Virus record (IMG/VR): IMGVR_UViG_3300048572_000044
Span: 1 to 56,415 of that record
Source of the DNA: a virus
Lineage: Duplodnaviria > Caudoviricetes
DNA: 56,415 nucleotides
Strand: one strand, 5' to 3'
In this document: in pieces, positions 49,188 to 56,415 of the stretch
How the letters are laid out: each line of letters starts with the position of its first letter
Position numbering within the stretch: position 1 is the stretch's first letter
Made by a program: the position numbers and the translations under genes
The notes under the pieces: model-generated
Told to the model about the DNA's origin: nothing
What the model saw: the letters and a program-made list of their open reading frames with translations, nothing else
The model's database searches: none

Positions 49188-49474
49188 TTATTAATCCTAT
49201 AAATTCTTTAATTATTGAAATACATGCAATAAAGACTTAGCTTATATTGCATGTATAATACACAAAACATAAAGTTAATTATGCCATATATAAATCTGAA
49301 CCATTTATATATAGAACATTAATGTACCATAAATAGTATCTATTGTTCAACTATATTAATTCTATATTCTATTATTTATTGCTATTTTATAACAAATACA
49401 AATTATTTACATCATTTAGTTACTTAGTGCCACAACGATATAGCTATTTTATGTAAAATAACTTACCATATTAC

Positions 49475-49503
49475 TTGACACCTTACATGCCATGTGTTAG
49501 AAT
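49475..49503 (+). promoter_or_regulatory. strong early promoter
   Basis: TTGACA-17-TAGAAT with an AT-rich upstream tract; heads the rightward small-ORF block. Confidence 0.8.
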
Positions 49504-49566
49504 ATCGGTATGAGGTTGAGAAATGGTCTTAACCCAGAAAACAAAACTTTAACTGGAGATAACAAA

Positions 49567-49908
49567 ATGAAACAAATTAAATTAACAGTAAATGAATGCT
49601 ATAACACTGAGTTCTATATCGAAATATGTTATGCTAAAAATGTATATGGAAGATTAACGGCATATTGTGGTGGCAAAAAAATAGAAGGCTGCAAAGTTGT
49701 TGGCGGATGTGGTTACGATAAATTCGGGGTAATGTTATCTCATGTGCTTAACTGCTTAGTAGGCGAACGATTAGTGTGTAATGCTGGCGAAGGTGAAGCT
49801 TATACAATAGACGAAGCAGCTAAACATGGCATTAAAATAGAGAAAATTACTCTTACCAAAAATGGCGCATTATACAAATTCACAAATCTTAATGCGAAAG
49901 GTGTATAA
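49567..49908 (+). CDS. early hypothetical protein
   Basis: GGAG RBS before MKQIK; GGCGYDK motif. Confidence 0.65.
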   Translation: MKQIKLTVNECYNTEFYIEICYAKNVYGRLTAYCGGKKIEGCKVVGGCGYDKFGVMLSHVLNCLVGERLVCNAGEGEAYTIDEAAKHGIKIEKITLTKNGALYKFTNLNAKGV

Positions 49909-49909
49909 C

Positions 49910-50350
49910 ATGAAAAGAATTAAACAAATACAAGACGCTTATATTGCAACTAGAAGAGGTAAAGTGGTTTTTGTTGCAGTAGGATGTGATAGCAAAGCAG
50001 AATCCGAATTATATAGTATACAATGGCCATTACCAAACCCAAATGCCACTAATATCATGGACATGGTAGATTGGAATATATACGAAATTTATAAACGTTG
50101 TGAAATATATGGCCACCTGTCTTATGAGCTACACCCTAAATATGAGGTTATCAATTTAAGAGGCGCTGTTAGGCATAAAGATGATATAGATTATCTTAAA
50201 TTTGCCCAAGGATTAATAAAAAGCCATATGGGTTACTTGGAAAAATTGCTATTACATGGAGCAGCAATTAAACAAAAGCAACAGCATGTGGTAGCAAACT
50301 CTTCGCAAAATGACATACAACCAATGACTTTAAAAGGTAATATACAATGA
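49910..50350 (+). CDS. early hypothetical protein
   Basis: AAGGTG RBS before MKRIK. Confidence 0.6.
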   Translation: MKRIKQIQDAYIATRRGKVVFVAVGCDSKAESELYSIQWPLPNPNATNIMDMVDWNIYEIYKRCEIYGHLSYELHPKYEVINLRGAVRHKDDIDYLKFAQGLIKSHMGYLEKLLLHGAAIKQKQQHVVANSSQNDIQPMTLKGNIQ

Positions 50351-50519
50351 AACAACAAAACAAATTCCAATTAAACTTAACAGATAATTATAGAGTCGTG
50401 CCAGATGATGAAATTGAGTATTGCGGCATCCAGGAGGGTTTTGAGTTAATTGAAGACGCAAATAAAAGAACTCAAGATGCATTAAATGAATGTTTAAACT
50501 TTGGTAAGGGAGCGCTATA

Positions 50520-50834
50520 ATGAATACAGTAAACTTTTTAGAAGTATCTAATGATTTAGATAATTTATTGATTGACTACAAACATAGATTTGATAGAAAA
50601 CTATTAAAAGCTCAAATACAAACGTTAATTACATCATGTAGGCTTGAATATCCTGATTTACATACCCGAAATGATACAAAATCTCAAGCTATTACAAGAT
50701 TGATTATTAGTCTATATAGTATAAATCACTTATTAGACGCACGTAAATCCCAAGAGATCTATCAAAAATGCAAATATGAATGGCACTATATCCAGGGATT
50801 AATTTCTGGAGCAAATTTAGGAGAAACAAAATGA
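50520..50834 (+). CDS. early hypothetical protein
   Basis: GGGAG RBS. Confidence 0.6.
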   Translation: MNTVNFLEVSNDLDNLLIDYKHRFDRKLLKAQIQTLITSCRLEYPDLHTRNDTKSQAITRLIISLYSINHLLDARKSQEIYQKCKYEWHYIQGLISGANLGETK

Positions 50835-51199
50835 CTAAATTAAAAAACACATTAGCTATTTTAAATGCAAATAGCAAATTATTTGTTGCAAATAGCAAAT
50901 TATTTCATGAATGGCATTATGACTGGAGTACTGAATTTACTGAAGATGGTGAAGACCATTTATTGATAAAAGCTAAATTCTTTTTTGATGGTGCAGAGAT
51001 TCATATTTGTGAATGGTTATGGAGGTTAGCCCCTAATGAACCTAATGCTACCAGAGCACACGAAGATACGTACTATGAAACTAAAGGATTTCAGAATCTA
51101 ATTACAGAGATGGACGCACATCCGCACGCTGCTAGATTGGCTTATTATGCATTCATATCAGAATTTAACATAGCTTATAACTTAGCAGAAGGGAAATAA
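50831..51199 (+). CDS. early hypothetical protein
   Basis: AGGAG RBS; ATGA overlap; C-terminal SEFNIAYNL resembles SEFRIAYNI of 52652-53041. Confidence 0.6.
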   Translation: MTKLKNTLAILNANSKLFVANSKLFHEWHYDWSTEFTEDGEDHLLIKAKFFFDGAEIHICEWLWRLAPNEPNATRAHEDTYYETKGFQNLITEMDAHPHAARLAYYAFISEFNIAYNLAEGK

Positions 51200-51201
51200 T
51201 C

Positions 51202-51468
51202 ATGCAAAGCTTTTATGATCGTTTAAGTGATCCTCAAGAATCAACAAGTCATCAAACTTATTTGATTGAACAAATGAAACTTTATATTGATAGTGCAAAA
51301 CCATTTAATATTGCCAATGTACAGATTAAATTTGGTCTAGGATACAATAGAGCCATTAGTTTAATTAACTATTTTGTGAGAGAAGGGTCAATAATCAAAA
51401 ATATTGCTGGTCAATACGTAAAAATACAACAAGGATTAACTTTTAATAATTTAAAAGGAATTAATTAA
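51202..51468 (+). CDS. stand-alone FtsK gamma-domain-like winged-helix protein
   Basis: IANVQIKFGLGYNRAISLINYFVREGSI matches the FtsK-gamma signature (QR.lrIGYNRAarl). Confidence 0.7.
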   Translation: MQSFYDRLSDPQESTSHQTYLIEQMKLYIDSAKPFNIANVQIKFGLGYNRAISLINYFVREGSIIKNIAGQYVKIQQGLTFNNLKGIN

Positions 51469-51469
51469 A

Positions 51470-52111
51470 ATGATAAGCATTATTGACCCAGGAACAATAA
51501 GAGATATTTCTAATGATTTATTAATGCCAAATGGTAAACTTAAATTATTATCTTCTCTTGATTATGCTAAATATACAACCCAAGAACTACAATTATTTGG
51601 ATATAAACATGCAAGATATGGTATTCCAACGATTGAACTCGTGGAATATATAAAAACTATTATTGGTGATAGATCAGCTATTGAAATAGGTTCCGGGCAT
51701 GGTGATTTAGGTTATCATTTAGGTATACCAATGACTGATTCTAAAATACAAACCACTCTAGAAATTAAGGCTTATTATGAAGCTTTACGCCAACCACTTA
51801 TTGATTATCCTGAAGATGTGGAAAAAATAGAGGCTTTAGACGCTGTTAAGAAATATAAACCTCAAGTTGTGGTAGGGAGCTGGCTAACAACATATTCAGC
51901 AGGCCCAGCAGAGTATGGTAGTTCTCCCGCTGGAATTAAAGAGGATGAAATTCTTAATCTAGTTGAGACATACATATTAGTTGGGAATCTTGATTCTCAT
52001 GCGGATAAACCAATTCTTAAAACACATGGGGGTTATGAAAAAAAAGGTTCTTTTATAATCAGCCGTGCTAAGAATCCACAAAATAATAGAATATTTATAA
52101 TAAAGGGTTAA
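51470..52111 (+). CDS. putative SAM-dependent methyltransferase-fold protein
   Basis: IEIGSGHGDLG glycine motif; ALDAVKKYKPQVVVGSW. Confidence 0.6.
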   Translation: MISIIDPGTIRDISNDLLMPNGKLKLLSSLDYAKYTTQELQLFGYKHARYGIPTIELVEYIKTIIGDRSAIEIGSGHGDLGYHLGIPMTDSKIQTTLEIKAYYEALRQPLIDYPEDVEKIEALDAVKKYKPQVVVGSWLTTYSAGPAEYGSSPAGIKEDEILNLVETYILVGNLDSHADKPILKTHGGYEKKGSFIISRAKNPQNNRIFIIKG

Positions 52112-52113
52112 AA

Positions 52114-52356
52114 ATGAAAAATGAAGAAAAACGCATTATTAAAGAAATAGAAGGCGCATTCCTTACATTGAAATGCAGAATTGAAGAAATAACAGAAAAA
52201 TGCTGTGATCTAAATAGGGATACTTTAGATTTTAAGATTAATAAATTAATGGAATTAGCTAAGCCCTTCAAAAATACAAATCCTTTACTATATCTTTGTG
52301 TAAATGGAATCGTATTAGAATGTAAATTGAAACAAGAAGAAGAGGAGAGTTATTAA
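52114..52356 (+). CDS. hypothetical protein
   Basis: Coupled ORF. Confidence 0.55.
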   Translation: MKNEEKRIIKEIEGAFLTLKCRIEEITEKCCDLNRDTLDFKINKLMELAKPFKNTNPLLYLCVNGIVLECKLKQEEEESY

Positions 52357-52556
52357 TGAATAAAACTAGAGAAACAAGACTAAACCAATATATATGTGAA
52401 TGGTGTGAGGAAAATTCAGAAGAATCAAATATAAGTGAGCAAGAAATTCAAGATTTTGCTTATGAAAAAGGTGGAGATATTAAAGTTAAATCAATGCTAT
52501 GCCAAGATTGTCACTATATGTATGATCAACAAATGGCATATGCAGCAGCTTGTTAA
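52356..52556 (+). CDS. small Cys-containing protein
   Basis: CEWC..CQDC; GGAG RBS. Confidence 0.55.
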   Translation: MNKTRETRLNQYICEWCEENSEESNISEQEIQDFAYEKGGDIKVKSMLCQDCHYMYDQQMAYAAAC

Positions 52557-52651
52557 GGAGATAATAATGGAAATAATATGTTGTATTGTATCTACATTAA
52601 CATATATAGCAATACTTTTAATAATAGCACTCATTAAGACGGGAGACCAAC

Positions 52652-53041
52652 ATGACTGAATATAAAGCCGGGACTGCAATTGAGCTTAAAGGTGATCATA
52701 ATATTGAATGGGTGGAATTAACTGAACAACAAATACTAGACAAAACTATAGAATACTTGAATAAGTATAGTAATTGTTTTAAGAATTGGAGATCGCTAAT
52801 AGAAGATCATCCATTGTATGGACCTCAAACATATATTGATTGTGAAATACATACTGAAACAAATGAAATTACAAAAATGGACTGTAACTTTAAATATTTA
52901 TTAAAAGAAGAGGTTGTTTTAGAGTATTCAACTTACAATGGAAGAAAACTTGATGATTATTTTGTTATGAACTCAGAATTCCGCATAGCCTACAACATAA
53001 TTAAAGATTTAGCACAGCACGGCACAAACGCACTTAGATAA
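52652..53041 (+). CDS. hypothetical protein
   Basis: GGAG RBS. Confidence 0.6.
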   Translation: MTEYKAGTAIELKGDHNIEWVELTEQQILDKTIEYLNKYSNCFKNWRSLIEDHPLYGPQTYIDCEIHTETNEITKMDCNFKYLLKEEVVLEYSTYNGRKLDDYFVMNSEFRIAYNIIKDLAQHGTNALR

Positions 53042-53068
53042 TTAACTTAATTTTTTGGAGATAAAATT

Positions 53069-53254
53069 ATGGATACAGCAGTATTTTACAATAAAGAACA
53101 TAACAAAATTGAAGAGCATAGTCTTAAAAATTTTGAACTCACACAGAAAGGTATCTTATTTATGAAATATTGGGGTTTTGAATTAACCTCAATTGATGGG
53201 CTTTGTGCCGAACAATGGCTTAAACAATTTGGACCACTTAAAAAAGCAGCTTAA
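53069..53254 (+). CDS. hypothetical protein
   Basis: GGAG RBS. Confidence 0.55.
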   Translation: MDTAVFYNKEHNKIEEHSLKNFELTQKGILFMKYWGFELTSIDGLCAEQWLKQFGPLKKAA

Positions 53255-53279
53255 TTAACTATTCTTTGGAGAGAGAAAA

Positions 53280-53471
53280 ATGTCACAATTAACAAATTTA
53301 AAATCAACTTTAATTCAATTTTATTTAGCGTGCGTAAAATGTAAATATTCGAGAATGAAAGATTTGGCAGCAGACTTTGAGATCGAGAATAAGCAATCAC
53401 AACGAGCTTATGACTTGGGATTTAAATTAGCACATCAACGCTTGTTAAGAGAAGGGAAAAGTGTAGTATGA
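53280..53471 (+). CDS. hypothetical protein
   Basis: GGAG RBS. Confidence 0.55.
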   Translation: MSQLTNLKSTLIQFYLACVKCKYSRMKDLAADFEIENKQSQRAYDLGFKLAHQRLLREGKSVV

Positions 53472-53731
53472 GTTGGAGTAAGACAGAGAAAGGTGATCAT
53501 ATTTTAATTTTATTAGAAGAAGATATTTATTTATATAAGGCCTGCATAAAAAATGTAAAACCATTGGGTTATGAACTAGATATATCATTAAAGATATTAA
53601 AAGGTAGGTATTCAAAGTATTCAGAAAATTATCGTCATGATTTTACGTCAAACGCTCATTGCAAAACCCTCAAACAAGCCATGCAATTAGAAGCCAAAAT
53701 TAGATTAATTTTAATGGAGACGTATTTATGA
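53468..53731 (+). CDS. small 'W...TLxxA' family protein
   Basis: CKTLKQAMQLEAKIR; tandem paralog of the next gene. Confidence 0.6.
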   Translation: MSWSKTEKGDHILILLEEDIYLYKACIKNVKPLGYELDISLKILKGRYSKYSENYRHDFTSNAHCKTLKQAMQLEAKIRLILMETYL

Positions 53732-53982
53732 GTGATAATTGGTTTAAAACTGATAAATGGCTAAAGAGGGGTAAGGATCGACAATTAGTAAAAAAACTAA
53801 AAGATTATTCTTACCATGCTGCTATATGCCTGGCTAGGAACTATTATAATGTTTACTGCGATCTATATGAAAATGGAAGGATAATATTTACTAATCGCTT
53901 TGCTTGTAATAAATTATCACATGCTAAAGAGATGGAACATTCAATTAGAATATCATTACTTAAAATTTTTAAAAGGAAATAA
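53728..53982 (+). CDS. small 'W...LxxAK' family protein
   Basis: CNKLSHAKEMEHSIR. Confidence 0.6.
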   Translation: MSDNWFKTDKWLKRGKDRQLVKKLKDYSYHAAICLARNYYNVYCDLYENGRIIFTNRFACNKLSHAKEMEHSIRISLLKIFKRK

Positions 53983-53985
53983 AAA

Positions 53986-54240
53986 ATGAAAAAAAGTACA
54001 CTAATCTTATCGGCAATTGCTATTATGGCAGTAAGCCTTAATGTAGGCTTGCTATTAACTCTCAATCAGCGAGAAATTGTTAGGAATGAGTTTAAAATGT
54101 TGCAATATAAAGTAGAGCCAGCATGTATTAATGGGGTTCAGTATTATGCGGTTGGCGATGGCAATGGGCTACATGCGGTAACTCCGGTATTCACTAAAGA
54201 GGGTAAACCAATTGAATGTAATTTTGAGGAGGGAAAATAA
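53986..54240 (+). CDS. membrane-anchored/exported small protein
   Basis: N-terminal hydrophobic helix; CINGVQY..TPVF..GKPIEC. Confidence 0.65.
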   Translation: MKKSTLILSAIAIMAVSLNVGLLLTLNQREIVRNEFKMLQYKVEPACINGVQYYAVGDGNGLHAVTPVFTKEGKPIECNFEEGK

Positions 54241-54402
54241 TTATGTTAGTCGATGAAAAATCTTTTATTGCGGAAGCGGTTATTAATGGGAACAAGCAAT
54301 ACAGTGTTTTCTTAGCAAATGGAATTCGAGTTGCTACTTTCTATGTGTTGCAAGATGCTGAATTCTATATTAAAAATCAATTAACTGTGCAAGGTAAATA
54401 AT

Positions 54403-54624
54403 ATGAAAATGGAATATACAAACTCTAGTTTAGATGGAATCATCAGGATGCTTCAAACTATAAGAAAGGATAGAGGTGATTTGCCGGTTTTAGTCAAATT
54501 CAAGGAAGAGCTTTTGTTTTTAACACATTGCATGGTTATGGGAGAAGAAAATAATCTAGGGGTTGTTATCCAAGTAGATAATAAACCATTTAAATTAGAA
54601 ATGGCCTCACATGAAACTCATTGA
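54403..54624 (+). CDS. hypothetical protein
   Basis: IRMLQTIRKDRGDLPV. Confidence 0.55.
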   Translation: MKMEYTNSSLDGIIRMLQTIRKDRGDLPVLVKFKEELLFLTHCMVMGEENNLGVVIQVDNKPFKLEMASHETH

Positions 54625-54850
54625 TAGGTGCATAAGTTGTAACTATTTGGAGACGCAAATAAAGTATCTAGACTCACCCGTAAATTTATCAGAATATGGA
54701 AATAAATTTGCGGTACAATTTAAATATTACGAATATGAGTATCATCAATGTAATAAATTTGAAGTATTGGCAAATCTTAATGTTATTGATACAGTGGAAA
54801 TTCGTAAACCTGAAGAGTTCGGATGTATTTTTTATGAAAGGAAACAATAA
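54611..54850 (+). CDS. Cys-rich hypothetical protein
   Basis: CISC..C..FGCIFYE. Confidence 0.6.
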   Translation: MKLIDRCISCNYLETQIKYLDSPVNLSEYGNKFAVQFKYYEYEYHQCNKFEVLANLNVIDTVEIRKPEEFGCIFYERKQ

Positions 54851-54853
54851 TCA

Positions 54854-55078
54854 ATGCAAGGCAAAAGAACCGATTTAGAATATGATAAAATAATAAAATA
54901 TGTTATTAAAAAACAACCCATTTCAATAACTGATTTACATATTCATTTATGTGTAAAGTATGGATTGAAATTAACGAATAGTAGGAGCCATTTAATTAAA
55001 AGATTAGAAGATAAAAATTTAATTAAACGTATTGGTAAAAGATATGGCAATACTAGTGTATTTATTGGTATTACATAA
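54854..55078 (+). CDS. small winged-helix-like DNA-binding protein
   Basis: QGKRTDL; DKIIKYV..ISITDL..IKRLEDKNLI. Confidence 0.6.
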   Translation: MQGKRTDLEYDKIIKYVIKKQPISITDLHIHLCVKYGLKLTNSRSHLIKRLEDKNLIKRIGKRYGNTSVFIGIT

Positions 55079-55080
55079 AA

Positions 55081-55272
55081 AGGTGAAAGAGCCAAGGATT
55101 TGCACCTTGGACGATAACTATAGGCGTGTACCGACGCCTTGTTTTACTTTCTACTCCTGTGTTCTCACGACCTTGGCTATAGTCAGTTACTTACTTAAAA
55201 GTAGGTTTTCCCCAGCGGCAACCTGTAGAAACTAGTTTATCTGATTAACATTCCCTTCTCTGTCACTCTTTC
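55081..55272 (-). ncRNA. 192-nt tRNA-like RNA D with a large multibranched insert
   Basis: GAAAGAG(T)/(G)CTCTTTC acceptor; GACA/TGTT D-like arm; CAAGG-TGCAAAT-CCTTG T arm; ACCT end; internal stems GATAA-CTA/TAG-TTATC, TTTCTAC/GTAGAAA, AGGTT/AACCT, AGGCGT/ACGCCT. Confidence 0.75.
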
Positions 55273-55401
55273 ATATTCAGTTATTTCCTTTTTGGAAAAT
55301 ACTCATCATTTTACACACAACTCATAACGGATTGAGATAAGGAAACACTTAACAAATTTTAGATTTATTTAATGTGTTATAAGCTGTGTACAAAATAATC
55401 A

Positions 55402-55650
55402 TTAAAATATATTAATTTTGCCGCCGTTGATTTCTATTATATCTTTAAATAATTGTTCTACTATAGTTGTTACCATTAATTTAGCTCCAATTAAAGTATC
55501 ACTAAATCCCCATTTGTTACCGTTTAAAAATATGTCCCATAATTGATCATTATGGGTACTTTTATTTTTGTCTAATTTAATATCCCATCTAAATAAAGAT
55601 AAATCAGTATGATGAACATAGCGTTCTATTTCTATCCATTTTAACATCAT
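55402..55650 (-). CDS. small 'LxW...TLxxAK' family protein embedded in the tRNA cluster
   Basis: GGAG RBS before MMLKW; paralog of 1865-2119. Confidence 0.65.
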   Translation of the reverse strand: MMLKWIEIERYVHHTDLSLFRWDIKLDKNKSTHNDQLWDIFLNGNKWGFSDTLIGAKLMVTTIVEQLFKDIIEINGGKINIF

Positions 55651-55677
55651 GATAACAATCTCCAAAAAGGTGCAAGA

Positions 55678-55791
55678 TGGTGTAGTAGGACAGGAGTCGA
55701 ACCTGCATAGGTCATAGCCTAAAGTCTAGAATTCAGCTTTCACCAACTCGTCTACACCGAGTCCGCTTTCCCAGTATGCTGCATCTACTAC
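55678..55791 (-). ncRNA. 114-nt tRNA-like RNA C (GTA/Tyr-like anticodon, very long extra arm)
   Basis: GTAGTAGA/CCTACTAC; ACTCG-GTGTAGA-CGAGT; ~39-nt extra arm; GCAGG-TTCGACT-CCTGT; ACCA. Confidence 0.8.
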
Positions 55792-55793
55792 AT

Positions 55794-55902
55794 TGGTGCA
55801 AGATGGCTGGACTCGAACCAGCGTATAAATGATTAACTTAATCTGCATTTATAAAAAGAGCAACAACGATCTTTACTCACATTCCAATGAGCTACATCTT
55901 GC
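55794..55902 (-). ncRNA. 109-nt tRNA-like RNA A (8/5 fold)
   Basis: GCAAGATG/CATCTTGC; GCTC/GAGT D arm; AAAGA-(10 nt)-TCTTT; long arm containing GATTAAGTTAATC; GCTGG-TTCGAGT-CCAGC; ACCA. Confidence 0.8.
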
Positions 55903-55904
55903 AT

Positions 55905-55977
55905 AGGTGAGAAGATCCGAGAATTGAACTCGGCAAGCGTATATTTACATATACCATCCCTTAACTCTTTTCTTCCC
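55905..55977 (-). ncRNA. 73-nt tRNA-like RNA B (D stem lost)
   Basis: GGGAAGAA/ATCTTCTC; GTATA-TGTAAA-TATAC; CCGAG-TTCAATT-CTCGG; ACCT. Confidence 0.7.
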
Positions 55978-55983
55978 ATATTG

Positions 55984-56058
55984 TGGTATTTCTGAGCAGA
56001 ATTGAACTGCTATTTTGCGGATGAAAACCGCATGTATTAACCACTATACGACAGAAAT
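55984..56058 (-). tRNA. tRNA-Glu(TTC)
   Basis: ATTTCTG/CAGAAAT; GTAT/ATAC D stem; TGCGG-TTTTCAT-CCGCA; AGCAG-TTCAATT-CTGCT; ACCA. Confidence 0.9.
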
Positions 56059-56231
56059 ACATAAATAAACTCTCAAATATTTGCTTATGCGTTTATATTG
56101 ACCGAATACACGATCCCGCAAAGAGGCTTAGAGAGTTTATATTCTATAAATCCTATTTATATAGATCAGTTTAGCTCTGCTTCTTTATCTGATCACGGTC
56201 GAGTATGAAGTTATCTCTGGAGACACCGTAA

Positions 56232-56415
56232 ATAAAAAAGCCCCATAGAAAGATATACTTGACGGTAAAACTTCTGGAGCTTTTAAAAGTGGATAATTTC
56301 TTAACCACCGATTAAACTTACCGTCATGTTTAATCCGTGGTACGTGTATTAAATACATAGGGGTTAGCGGGATATGAATTGTCGCAGTCCTGATTTATTA
56401 CACGTGCGCTATTAT
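56232..56415 (-). promoter_or_regulatory. structured leader/attenuator of the tRNA operon (allele 2); includes 127-bp repeat copy 2 (56289-56415)
   Basis: Same upstream hairpins as allele 1; terminator AAGCTCCA-(..TTACCGTCA..)-TGGGGCTT plus T-tract. Confidence 0.7.

Noticed and set aside
55032-55235. 67-aa plus-strand ORF
   Set aside because: Antisense shadow of the structured 192-nt RNA; overlaps the upstream gene and has no RBS
55081-55272. tRNA with a group I intron, tmRNA or RNase P RNA
   Set aside because: The insert (~125 nt) is too short with no convincing P7 pairing; no G3-U pair or tag frame; RNase P conserved regions are only vaguely echoed
55678-55902. tRNA-Sec
   Set aside because: The 8/5 fold fits, but there is no UCA anticodon, no extended D stem and no sel genes
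56289-56415. 127-bp repeat as a biological terminal repeat
   Set aside because: It matches an internal position rather than base 1, and its length equals a common assembly k-mer; it is better explained as graph overlap
1-56415. Stop-codon reassignment supported by suppressor tRNAs
   Set aside because: Long genes are uninterrupted in code 11, and TAA, TAG and TGA all end genes at coupled junctions

Overview
An essentially complete, AT-rich tailed-phage genome (myovirus). The last 127 nt (56289-56415) exactly repeat 270-396, so the sequence closes into a ~56.0-kb circle and 1-269 looks like an alternative version of the tRNA region. Layout: a leftward replication/early block (initiator with iterons); a rightward recombination block (Sak4-like AAA, HNH, PD-(D/E)XK nuclease, SSB, VRR-NUC); a long leftward late block (terminase, Mu-like portal/protease/capsid/neck/contractile tail/baseplate, a set of modular fibre genes, lysis genes); an SF3-like helicase; a non-coding DnaA-box region; many small early ORFs; and a tRNA cluster. 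I recognised no integrase, transposase, reverse transcriptase or CRISPR array. The most unusual element is RNA-based. Besides two ordinary tRNAs (Asn, Glu) there are five tRNA-like RNAs of 73-192 nt. All share a 13-position acceptor+T helix (8/5 register, as in tRNA-Sec) but carry aberrant or greatly enlarged central arms. They lie downstream of a leader whose terminator loop is complementary to an upstream hairpin loop, and a second leader of the same design but with a different code word precedes the replication genes. Other features missed by the ORF track: a -1 frameshift in the tail chaperone, an ATA-initiated ssb, an exact 39-bp promoter-like duplication and phased DnaA boxes. All product calls come from motifs and gene order read by eye; no database search or folding program was run.
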